From a virus (lineage: Duplodnaviria > Caudoviricetes): a stretch of 27,611 nt of DNA. The notes under the pieces were generated by a model, which saw only the letters and a list, made by a program, of their open reading frames with translations, did not search any database and was not told the origin of the DNA. The stretch lies in the IMG/VR virus record IMGVR_UViG_3300025132_000220, positions 1 to 27,611 of that record; one strand, 5' to 3'. The translations under genes and the position numbers were made by a program. Below, in pieces: positions 1 through 6,967 of the stretch (the stretch's first letter is position 1; each line of letters starts with the position of its first letter).

Positions 1-1
1 T

Positions 2-202
2 GCTGCACCAGAGGGCAGGGATATGCCTGACTTCGCAAGCATGACTATTGGGAACGGCTACGAGAACCTACTAGACGAGGAGAGCGAAGAAGCCCCAGCC
101 GAGGAGTCTAGTGAGGAGGAAGCGGAGGAAGAAGCTCCAGCCGAGGAGGAATCATCTGATGGCGGCGAAGAAGAAAGCTCAGAAGAAGCCGAAGCCGAGT
201 AA
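2..202 (+). CDS. 3' end of a hypothetical protein with a very acidic C-terminal tail (partial, starts before the window)
   Basis: Frame 2 is open from the window edge: AAPEGRDMPDFASMTIGNGYENLLDEESEEAPAEESSEEEAEEEAPAEEESSDGGEEESSEEAEAE, with TAA at 200-202. Not in the supplied ORF track. Confidence 0.7.
   Translation, partial: AAPEGRDMPDFASMTIGNGYENLLDEESEEAPAEESSEEEAEEEAPAEEESSDGGEEESSEEAEAE
86..148 (+). repeat. Imperfect 21-nt direct repeat encoding EEAPAEE twice
   Basis: gaagaagccccagccgaggag at 86-106 and gaagaagctccagccgaggag at 128-148. Confidence 0.7.
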
Positions 203-323
203 TCCTTCTCTTTGGTCAAGGGCGCAGTCCGAGGCCAAGAAGAAGTACAAGGTTCACCCTTCAGCTTACTCTAACTCTTATGCCGCTAAGTGGTATAAGG
301 AAAAAGGAGGTAGGTGGTCGTAA
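159..323 (+). CDS. Small basic phage protein (54 aa, MAAKKKAQKKPKP...PSAYSNSYAAKWYKEKGGRWS)
   Basis: ATG at 159 preferred over GTG at 111. The PSAY-x4-A-x-K-x-YK-x2-GG-x-W pattern resembles, from memory, small proteins of aquatic phages. TAATG coupling to the next gene. Confidence 0.7.
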   Translation: MAAKKKAQKKPKPSNPSLWSRAQSEAKKKYKVHPSAYSNSYAAKWYKEKGGRWS

Positions 324-586
324 TGGCTTACTCTGGTGGTCTACGCCGCTGGCACAAGGAAAAGTGGAAGGACGTTAGGACGGGCAAGGCGTGTGGGCGT
401 TCCAAAGGTGAGAAGCGTGGAACCCCATACTGCCGCCCGTCTAAGCGCGTAAACGCTTCCACCCCGAAGACTAGCGGGGAGATGTCGGCTGCTGAGAAGA
501 AGAAGAAGATAGGGGAGAAGAAACGTCTTGGTCAGCCAGAGGGCAAGCCAAGAAGGGTTAAGAATACCAAGAGAAAGAAGGGCTGA
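323..586 (+). CDS. Small basic conserved viral protein (GLRRWHKEKW...CGR...PYCRPSKRV...TPKT type)
   Basis: ATG at 323 overlaps the upstream TAA. The motif resembles, from memory, a family in marine phages and giant viruses (DUF5872-like, unverified). Confidence 0.7.
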   Translation: MAYSGGLRRWHKEKWKDVRTGKACGRSKGEKRGTPYCRPSKRVNASTPKTSGEMSAAEKKKKIGEKKRLGQPEGKPRRVKNTKRKKG

Positions 587-705
587 TGTGTGACAATAAG
601 GACTGCTTTGAGGATACTTGCAAGGGTGGGTGCAAACCAAAGAAGAGAAAGAAGCCGCCTAAAGAAGACTGGCCTTGGTATCGGCAAGTCAAAGCGGATG
701 AATAA
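586..705 (+). CDS. 39-aa Cys/Lys-rich microprotein (MCDNKDCFEDTCKGGCKPKKRKKPPKEDWPWYRQVKADE)
   Basis: TGATG stop/start overlap at 584-588. Four Cys in a C-x4-C-x4-C-x3-C pattern. TAA at 703-705. Below the ORF-track size cutoff. Confidence 0.55.
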   Translation: MCDNKDCFEDTCKGGCKPKKRKKPPKEDWPWYRQVKADE

Positions 706-710
706 GGGCC

Positions 711-748
711 GACAATAACTTATAACCTTAGATTATAAGGGGGTTGTC
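711..748. other. Imperfect inverted repeat in the intergenic region (possible terminator or operator)
   Basis: gacaa..cttataa pairs with ttataag..ttgtc, between the stop at 705 and the start at 785. Confidence 0.4.
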
Positions 749-773
749 AGGATCAGCTTCCTGCTGCTAGAGT
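744..773 (+). promoter_or_regulatory. Putative sigma70-type promoter TTGTCA-N18-TAGAGT with extended -10 TG
   Basis: TTGTCA at 744-749, TG at 765-766, TAGAGT at 768-773. ATG follows 11 nt later with no Shine-Dalgarno. Same -35 and spacer as the promoter at 10572. Confidence 0.45.
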
Positions 774-784
774 AGCTTCCTCTT

Positions 785-982
785 ATGGCTGATACTGATA
801 AGCAGCAAGTAACACAGGCGTTGCAAATTCTTGCAAACGCATCGGCTCAGGCTAGGCTAACTAGCCCGGAACATGATCAAGTTAGGCAGGCTGTGCAAAT
901 ACTAGCACAAGAGCTTGGCATAGCTGAAGGACAACCAGAGCAATCTCCTGACATAGAAATGTCAGAGGTTGTGGGGGGTTGA
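785..982 (+). CDS. Hypothetical protein, 65 aa, helical with internal QAxQILA repeat
   Basis: ORF track. QVTQALQILA and QVRQAVQILA form an internal repeat. Confidence 0.65.
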   Translation: MADTDKQQVTQALQILANASAQARLTSPEHDQVRQAVQILAQELGIAEGQPEQSPDIEMSEVVGG

Positions 983-983
983 T

Positions 984-1133
984 ATGGGGTGGGTTGACGA
1001 TATTAAAGTTTGTTTTGCTAGTGTTCTCGGTGTGGGGAATTGGATGCTAAAAATTGATATCGTCCTACAAGTGGCAATTAGTGTTGCCACTTTAATTTAC
1101 ATTATCCTTAAAATCAGAAACCTTAGAAACTAA
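984..1133 (+). CDS. Small membrane protein, holin/antiholin-like (49 aa)
   Basis: MGWVDDIKVCFASVLGVGNWMLKIDIVLQVAISVATLIYIILKIRNLRN: hydrophobic segment(s) and a basic C-terminus. Fills the gap between 982 and 1136. Not in the ORF track. Confidence 0.65.
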   Translation: MGWVDDIKVCFASVLGVGNWMLKIDIVLQVAISVATLIYIILKIRNLRN

Positions 1134-1135
1134 AA

Positions 1136-1471
1136 ATGAAGTACACACACATAAAATCATACCTACTTATTGGAGTGTTTTTTGCTATTGCATCTAACGC
1201 TAACGCTGGGCTTTTCGGTGGAAGCTGGAAGCCCTCTCCTAGTCTAAAGCTGTTCGGGCAGACAGTGTCTTGGCCTATTCCCTCATTGTGTTTGGGAGCC
1301 AAGGCTGGAGTCCTGCCTGACGCTGGCATTTCCCCAGATGGAATCAATTTTAAGATTCCTTACTTCTCGGTGGACTTGCCATTCCCCAAGCTGACAATCC
1401 AAACAACTAACTCTGTGACTGACGTTAAGGTTGGGTCAATTGAGAAGTCTAAAAGAAAGGATAGCAAGTAA
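1136..1471 (+). CDS. Secreted or periplasmic hypothetical protein with Sec signal peptide
   Basis: Basic N-terminus, hydrophobic core LLIGVFFAIA, A-N-A cleavage motif, beta-strand-like mature region. Confidence 0.65.
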   Translation: MKYTHIKSYLLIGVFFAIASNANAGLFGGSWKPSPSLKLFGQTVSWPIPSLCLGAKAGVLPDAGISPDGINFKIPYFSVDLPFPKLTIQTTNSVTDVKVGSIEKSKRKDSK

Positions 1472-1650
1472 TGTTAAAATCTAAAACTACTTGGACTGCA
1501 ATAACTGGTGCGCTTGCTGGCGTTGCTGGCTATTTCACCGGAGAGCTTGAGCTTGGTGCTGCGGCTAACGTGGTGATTACTAGTCTTCTTGCCTTGTTTT
1601 TAAGGCACGGAATCAAGAAGACTGAATCTGCGGCCAAAGGAGAAGCTTAA
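1471..1650 (+). CDS. Putative holin (59 aa, two TM segments)
   Basis: MLKSKTTWTAITGALAGVAGYFTGELELGAAANVVITSLLALFLRHGIKKTESAAKGEA. The KSKTxW...LRxG pattern is typical of small holin-like proteins. TAATG coupling, directly upstream of the spanins. Not in the ORF track. Confidence 0.7.
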   Translation: MLKSKTTWTAITGALAGVAGYFTGELELGAAANVVITSLLALFLRHGIKKTESAAKGEA

Positions 1651-1664
1651 TACTGTGACAGTAT
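1650..1664. promoter_or_regulatory. Palindromic motif ATACTGT-G-ACAGTAT, copy 1
   Basis: Perfect 7-1-7 palindrome ending 1 nt before ATG 1666. Identical copy at 23642-23656. Confidence 0.7.
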
Positions 1665-1665
1665 A

Positions 1666-2088
1666 ATGGGCATCCTCAAACTCATTTATGCTATATTAAA
1701 AGCCGTCCCTGTTTTGGGGCGGCTTTTTAATAAAGCCTCAGAAAACATAAAGGAAAAGAAAGCTTCAGATAGGTATGAAGAAAAACTCAACCTTATTGAT
1801 AGTGCTGTTGATAAGTATCATCGGGCCGGGTTGCGCGACAACAGCCCAGTACAACAACACGAAGGAACTGATGTCTCACCCAGAGTTTCCCAAAGCGGCG
1901 TTCCATGCCCCGGAGTTCACAAGGGCAGCACTCAAAAGATTAGCAAGCCTAGAGTACGAGCTAGAAAGAAAGTAGCTAAGAAGAAATCAGTAAAAAAGAA
2001 AGTAGCCAATGCCAAAGAAAAAAGACCCACGGCTCGCAAGAGCAGGGGTAAGCGGGTACAACAAACCAAAAAGGACTCCGAATCATAA
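1666..2088 (+). CDS. Putative inner-membrane spanin (Rz-like) with Lys-rich tail
   Basis: Hydrophobic/amphipathic N-terminus followed by a coiled-coil-like segment. Contains a lipoprotein ORF in the +1 frame and follows the holin. Confidence 0.55.
   Translation: MGILKLIYAILKAVPVLGRLFNKASENIKEKKASDRYEEKLNLIDSAVDKYHRAGLRDNSPVQQHEGTDVSPRVSQSGVPCPGVHKGSTQKISKPRVRARKKVAKKKSVKKKVANAKEKRPTARKSRGKRVQQTKKDSES
1775..1975 (+). CDS. Putative outer-membrane spanin lipoprotein (Rz1-like), nested
   Basis: MKKNSTLLIVLLISIIGPG-C: type II signal peptide with lipobox-like Cys. Fully embedded in the +1 frame of 1666-2088, the classic Rz/Rz1 layout. Confidence 0.7.
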   Translation: MKKNSTLLIVLLISIIGPGCATTAQYNNTKELMSHPEFPKAAFHAPEFTRAALKRLASLEYELERK

Positions 2089-2296
2089 AACAAAGTCTCA
2101 CGTTGTTGTCGCCAAGCAAGGAGACAAGGTAAAGACGATAAGGTTTGGGCAGCAAGGTGTTACTGGTGCTGGTAAAAACCCAACAAGTGCAAAGGATAAA
2201 GCCCGGAAGAAATCCTATTACGCTAGGCACAATGCTCAAGATAGCAGTCCCTCAAAATTATCAGCGCGTTATTGGTCGCATAAGGTTAAATGGTGA
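2009..2296 (+). CDS. Conserved basic phage protein (IRFGQQG...RKKSYYARH...SARYWSHKVKW type)
   Basis: ORF track. The motif pattern is recalled from aquatic phage proteins of unknown function. Confidence 0.75.
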   Translation: MPKKKDPRLARAGVSGYNKPKRTPNHKTKSHVVVAKQGDKVKTIRFGQQGVTGAGKNPTSAKDKARKKSYYARHNAQDSSPSKLSARYWSHKVKW

Positions 2297-2318
2297 TTGA
2301 AAAGGAGGTGATATAATA

Positions 2319-2438
2319 ATGCCACACGTAGGTAAAAAGAAATACCCATACTCAGCTAAAGGAATGGCTCAGGCTAAAGCAGCCGCCAAGAAGTCAGGCA
2401 AGCCGGTGAAGTATGGAGCCAAGAAGAAAAAGAAGTAA
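2319..2438 (+). CDS. 39-aa basic microprotein (MPHVGKKKYPYSAKGMAQAKAAAKKSGKPVKYGAKKKKK)
   Basis: Near-perfect Shine-Dalgarno AAAGGAGGTGAT at 2301-2312, ATG at 2319, TAA at 2436-2438. Not in the ORF track. Confidence 0.75.
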   Translation: MPHVGKKKYPYSAKGMAQAKAAAKKSGKPVKYGAKKKKK

Positions 2439-2458
2439 GGTCTTTGCGTCCCCTAAAA

Positions 2459-3931
2459 TCAAAGTGGGACGGAAGTTAAGCCGATTCTTCCGGTTGTCGG
2501 ATCGCTGGAAATCTCAAGATCGGCAGACATTTCGCCAATTAAAGCATAGCTTAGTGAATCAAAGCTGTGCTTATTATCATCACTAGCCACATATCTGCCC
2601 ACACTGCTGCCTCTTTTTAGGTATCTAAACATATCAATAGTTCCGATACAGTGGGCAGATATGTGCAGTCTGTTCTGCATTAGTAAATCTTTAAGAAGCT
2701 TCACCCTTTGTCTTACTGATCCAGCAAACTTGGGTGCGCCTATAAGGTTTATTCTTCCTCCGCTTGCGGCTGCCACAACCCTGTGGTCATAGGAGTTTGC
2801 GCTTGCTCTATACCTGACCATTGAAGATGTGTCAGACCAGTGAGTCCACCTAACTTTCTGCCCGATGTGTTCTTCTAGTTTCTCAATTCTTTCCATTGCC
2901 TCTCCGGTAAAGTCTTCAAGAGAGACATCTTGGTGAAGCACGATAAGTTCATCAAGCACAGTCCATCTGGTTCCGTTGAGTGTGTCTACCTTTTCTAAGA
3001 TATGGAACGCATGGTTCCTGTCACCTAAATCCCACCCTCCAATAAGTTCAGTGCAGTTTTCTGTTGGCAGGATAACTTCCCAGTCGCTTGCTATTGGGCT
3101 GTCGGTATTACCGACAACATGGGTGTCATGCCTAAACACTTTTCCAAAGTGAGCGTTTGTTGAAGATGCAGTCCACTTCCCCAGCACATATCTGTCATAC
3201 ATTTCCGGGTCTCCCCTAAATGTGGCTATCAAGTCCTTCTTGTCATACTCGGAAAGATAAGGGTTATCATCAATCATGGACTCAATGATTGAGAATTGTT
3301 CGGCATACTCTGGGTCTGGGTGGTCTTCTTTGTTTGGCTCTTCATACCACAATTTGTATATCCAAGAGTTTGTTCCTTCTTCGGCAGGGTTGGTGTCACC
3401 TATCCATTGGTGTGCCTTGTAATCCAATCCGGGCAAACGTAGCTGGCCTTTTGATATGGAGAACACACACATATCTTTAAAGTTGGATAGCTCAGAGAAA
3501 AATATTAATGAGAACCTAGTTCCTTTAATCTTCTCCTCAATATCGTGGTCAACATCTAGAGAATGAAGCTGGATTTCTGTCTCATTGCCGTGCATATTGC
3601 TGACCCGCAAGTAGTGCATCTTAGTAACCCCATCAACTTTAGGAGGAACAGTTATCTTAAACCCGATTAAGTTGGCTTCCCACTCTGGCAATATAAGGTC
3701 TATAAGATCAGACCATACGCCAGACTTAGCGTTGCGTATGGTTTTACAAAAGATTCCAACTCGCCCTCCCTTTGTTTCCCAGCAGTGCCTTACTAATCGG
3801 TGGAGGACTCCTATTGTTTTTGAGGAGTATCTAGGCCCACTGACCAATAGGTATCTTTTGGAACAGTTGAATATCTCAAGCTGCTTAGGACTGATTGATG
3901 GATACCAACACCCACTAGCATCAAGCGGCAT
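2459..3931 (-). CDS. terL: Terminase large subunit
   Basis: Q motif (SPKQLE), Walker A-like VSGPRYSSKT, KIKG preceding Walker B-like SLIFFSE, motif III DTNP, DNPYL and RYVLGKW linker, RNase H-like GGWDLG and HSFDSLSY. Confidence 0.9.
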   Translation of the reverse strand: MPLDASGCWYPSISPKQLEIFNCSKRYLLVSGPRYSSKTIGVLHRLVRHCWETKGGRVGIFCKTIRNAKSGVWSDLIDLILPEWEANLIGFKITVPPKVDGVTKMHYLRVSNMHGNETEIQLHSLDVDHDIEEKIKGTRFSLIFFSELSNFKDMCVFSISKGQLRLPGLDYKAHQWIGDTNPAEEGTNSWIYKLWYEEPNKEDHPDPEYAEQFSIIESMIDDNPYLSEYDKKDLIATFRGDPEMYDRYVLGKWTASSTNAHFGKVFRHDTHVVGNTDSPIASDWEVILPTENCTELIGGWDLGDRNHAFHILEKVDTLNGTRWTVLDELIVLHQDVSLEDFTGEAMERIEKLEEHIGQKVRWTHWSDTSSMVRYRASANSYDHRVVAAASGGRINLIGAPKFAGSVRQRVKLLKDLLMQNRLHISAHCIGTIDMFRYLKRGSSVGRYVASDDNKHSFDSLSYALIGEMSADLEISSDPTTGRIGLTSVPL

Positions 3932-3962
3932 ATCTGTGATATCTTAACGATTTGCAGGCTTT
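3932..3962. promoter_or_regulatory. 31-bp divergent intergenic region with overlapping -10-like hexamers
   Basis: + strand TG-A-TATCTT at 3937-3945. Minus strand TAAGAT at 3946-3941, 9 nt before the terL ATG. Confidence 0.4.
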
Positions 3963-4211
3963 ATGGCAAATGAACTGAGAATAGACTTAACAGACCCGGC
4001 AATGCAAGAGGCGTTTGCTGATTGCCAACCGGGAGAAACTCACACCATAACTATGGATATTCTGGTAAATGAAAACGGGGAGGAGTTAGTGGCTGACTTA
4101 GACCCGGATTCAGTTGAGAAGTATGGTGATGAATTTGATGAGGAGTATAACGAAGAAGATGCCCCAAAAGCTGTGGCTATAATTATGAAGGAGGATGCCA
4201 AGAAGGCTTAG
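3963..4211 (+). CDS. Acidic hypothetical protein (82 aa)
   Basis: ORF track. First gene of the + strand head module. Confidence 0.7.
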   Translation: MANELRIDLTDPAMQEAFADCQPGETHTITMDILVNENGEELVADLDPDSVEKYGDEFDEEYNEEDAPKAVAIIMKEDAKKA

Positions 4212-4458
4212 TAAGAAAAGCATCTTGGTTAACTACAAGGAAGACGAAACCGTAGATGCAGTTATCCAGTTAAATGGGCTAAAGCCCAAGACGGGGCGTG
4301 GCTACAGAAGCGTTTTGTATTTTGAGGGCAGGGTTAAAGAAGCTGGTATGGTTGGATATGTTAAGCTTTGGAGGCCGGTGAGTAAGAAGAAGAGAAAGCA
4401 AATAATGGATCAGTTCTACAAAAACATGGTGGCCCAAAAGTCGCCTAAGATTATCTGA
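4195..4458 (+). CDS. Basic hypothetical protein (87 aa)
   Basis: ORF track. Overlaps the upstream gene and has TGATG coupling to the portal. Confidence 0.6.
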   Translation: MPRRLSKKSILVNYKEDETVDAVIQLNGLKPKTGRGYRSVLYFEGRVKEAGMVGYVKLWRPVSKKKRKQIMDQFYKNMVAQKSPKII

Positions 4459-6752
4459 TGATAGATTTAAATGTACTAACAAAGCGTGGGGTGACGGCAG
4501 AGGCCGCGAAGCAAGTTTTTGCTGGGGACGATTCAGACATATCCGATAAGGGTTTATATCTTCTGGACAGGATACAGGACAGGATAGACGAAGGGCTAAA
4601 CCACTGCATACAGAACCATAAGATTTACCACGCACTAGATGTTGCGTGGGATGCCCCACTTAAACAAGTAAGCCATACCCTTGCCCATTCTCTTCAGCAC
4701 GAAGACTTGAGTGAGGAGACTGTTCTTAATGCCGCCAGAGACTGGGGTCTTACTGGCATGATTGAGACAGTTGAGGACACAAAAGGACAGAAACAGAAGC
4801 TGAACCTTCCTGTGTTCTTTAATATTTTTGTCCCATTGGTGCGCTCATACGTTACAATTAGGTGGGCTAGAATTTACAATGACCGCAGGCAGTACCCATT
4901 GTTCAAGTATGAGATGGGTAAAAACACCACCACAAATAAACTGCGTTCAGAAATTTTAACAGATCGCGTACAAGTTATTTCCAATCAGTATGGTTACAGT
5001 GAGCTACTCAAGCAGTCTATATTCCATATGCTTCACTATGGTTGGGCGGCTCAATTCCCGCAGGAAGAGTGGCATTCCGAGAAGCAACTAGCTTTAGATG
5101 AGGCTGGGGAAGAGGTGGAGAAATACACCAAAGAGGGTATCCGTTATCACCTTCCTCACCCAAGTCGCGTATTCATAGACAAAGCCCACAGGCCCACCAC
5201 TTTCAACTCTGACTCAGGATGTACGTATGGCGGTTACTGGAGGATAATGCGGTACAAGGATATCAGAAGTAATCCTAAGTTTTGGAATACAGATAAGATA
5301 ACCTATGGAAGAACAAGTGATCTGCTTGGCCGAGCTAAAACTTATCTTGAGTTGGTCTCTCCTTGCACTATGGAGTTCCCTAAAAGCAGGGCTTCATTCG
5401 GTATTACTGACAGAGAGGCCAGCATCAACACGGTTTATAAGACCGCTGATGATGATAAAGCGGTTCTAGTTACCGAGTATTATGAGAAACTTATTCCAAG
5501 TGAGCATGGCCTTGGCGATTATGACCATCCTGTGTGGTTTCGTTTTTGTTTGGCTAACGACGACACTATTTTGTATGCTTCTCCTATCCCCTATTGCCCG
5601 GTTGTTTACTATGCTTACGATCCCCATGAAGGGAAAAGCATTAACTCGTCATTAAGCCTTGAGATTGTTCCGTTCCAAGATCAAGTGGGGAATCTATTGA
5701 GCCAGTACTTGTTAAGCGTTAAGCAAAACCTAGCCAACATGACCTTTGTTGACACTGATCAAGTGCCAAAGGACATGATTGATAGGCTACAGAACTGGGG
5801 CGAAAAGCTTTTCAGAAGCTTAAACTTCATGCCCTTTTCAAGCAGGCAGAACAAGTTTGCCCAGAGTGATGTAAGGGAAGCTTTCACTTCTGTCCGGTTC
5901 ACGGCACTAGACACTAATGGGATAGTTGGGGCTATGCGCCAAGTGATAGATATGCTTGAGCGTTTGCTGGTCATATCAGCACAAGAGATTGCTCAGGTTG
6001 CCAGCCATGAGCAGACCGCCGAGGAAGTTAGGACGGTTGCAAATACTACTACCACGCGCCTCGCGTTTACTGCATCAGCAGTAGATGACGCCATGCTTGC
6101 ATGGAAAGAGCAGATATACAGAGGTCTGATGGCGTATGGAGAAGATGAAGTTTATGCAGAAATTAATTCTGGTTATACGCCAGAGCAGATTAATGATCTT
6201 GGCTTCACGCTGGAAGAGGAAGATACGGATAGGGCTGGCCTTGTTGGAGTACGAGGACAGAAGACTGCACTTGGCCTTGATGTTATTGGCAGCTATCGCG
6301 ATTCTACGGATCGTGTCTCTGATAACGCAATGGCTGCTGCGTTGACCCAGCTTTACCAAATTGTGGCAAGTGACCCAGAGATAAGACAGACTGTGGGCAT
6401 TGACCAAGTGCTAGATGTTGTAAACCAGATCGGTGAGATGCTGGGATTACCAAAAGACTTTAAGCTGCAAAAGATAGACCAAGGAGATCAACCCCAAGCT
6501 CAGGGTGATCAGATGGCGGCAGTGGCCGAAGAGATACGGAACTCAATAATCTCAGAGGTAGGAGAGGCAATAGAGCCTTTAGCTCAAGGGACGCAGCAAA
6601 ACGCAACTATGATTCAGCAGATAGTAGATGTGCTTCAGCGCGGGCCGCAGCCTCCTAGCCCTCAACAGTATGATACAAATAACCCAGTCCCCACTGGAGG
6701 CCCAGCAGATGTTGGAAATCCAGAACTGGCTCCAGCAGGGCCAGTGCGCTAA
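4458..6752 (+). CDS. Portal protein
   Basis: 764 aa, between terL and scaffold/capsid. Portal-like segments PFQDQVGNLLSQ and EQTAEEVRT, with a Gln/Pro-rich helical C-terminus as in P22-like portals. Confidence 0.8.
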   Translation: MIDLNVLTKRGVTAEAAKQVFAGDDSDISDKGLYLLDRIQDRIDEGLNHCIQNHKIYHALDVAWDAPLKQVSHTLAHSLQHEDLSEETVLNAARDWGLTGMIETVEDTKGQKQKLNLPVFFNIFVPLVRSYVTIRWARIYNDRRQYPLFKYEMGKNTTTNKLRSEILTDRVQVISNQYGYSELLKQSIFHMLHYGWAAQFPQEEWHSEKQLALDEAGEEVEKYTKEGIRYHLPHPSRVFIDKAHRPTTFNSDSGCTYGGYWRIMRYKDIRSNPKFWNTDKITYGRTSDLLGRAKTYLELVSPCTMEFPKSRASFGITDREASINTVYKTADDDKAVLVTEYYEKLIPSEHGLGDYDHPVWFRFCLANDDTILYASPIPYCPVVYYAYDPHEGKSINSSLSLEIVPFQDQVGNLLSQYLLSVKQNLANMTFVDTDQVPKDMIDRLQNWGEKLFRSLNFMPFSSRQNKFAQSDVREAFTSVRFTALDTNGIVGAMRQVIDMLERLLVISAQEIAQVASHEQTAEEVRTVANTTTTRLAFTASAVDDAMLAWKEQIYRGLMAYGEDEVYAEINSGYTPEQINDLGFTLEEEDTDRAGLVGVRGQKTALGLDVIGSYRDSTDRVSDNAMAAALTQLYQIVASDPEIRQTVGIDQVLDVVNQIGEMLGLPKDFKLQKIDQGDQPQAQGDQMAAVAEEIRNSIISEVGEAIEPLAQGTQQNATMIQQIVDVLQRGPQPPSPQQYDTNNPVPTGGPADVGNPELAPAGPVR

Positions 6753-6963
6753 GTTAAAAAAACAAATAAGAGGATTGATTGCCTTCCATCAAGAAGCAGC
6801 TTCTAGGCTGTTGATTGAATCTATTTCTGACCCGCGCAAAGAAGCTGACGCTAAAGAGGAAGCTGATAAAGCTAGTCAACTGCTAAACTTTTTGACTATA
6901 TTAACCACAATTGCTGCGGGCAAGATGGAGCTTCCAATAACTAAAATTTCTATAGAACAATAA
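6670..6963 (+). CDS. Small helical protein between portal and scaffold
   Basis: ATG at 6670 (MIQITQSPLE...) preferred over GTG at 6628. Overlaps the portal 3' end by 83 nt. This position is commonly occupied by a small gene in podovirus head modules. Confidence 0.6.
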   Translation: MIQITQSPLEAQQMLEIQNWLQQGQCAKLKKQIRGLIAFHQEAASRLLIESISDPRKEADAKEEADKASQLLNFLTILTTIAAGKMELPITKISIEQ

Positions 6964-6967
6964 TCTT

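Noticed and set aside
111-158. GTG start at 111 for the first basic ORF
   Set aside because: The extension is just the alternate-frame reading of the upstream acidic tail. ATG 159 is more plausible.
1650-1664. Palindrome as a canonical LexA/SOS box
   Set aside because: The half-sites match, but the spacer is 1 nt rather than the 8 nt of CTGT-N8-ACAG.
2448-2470. GTCCC...GGGAC stem between the convergent genes
   Set aside because: Only 5 bp with a 13-nt loop and no U tract, too weak to call a terminator.
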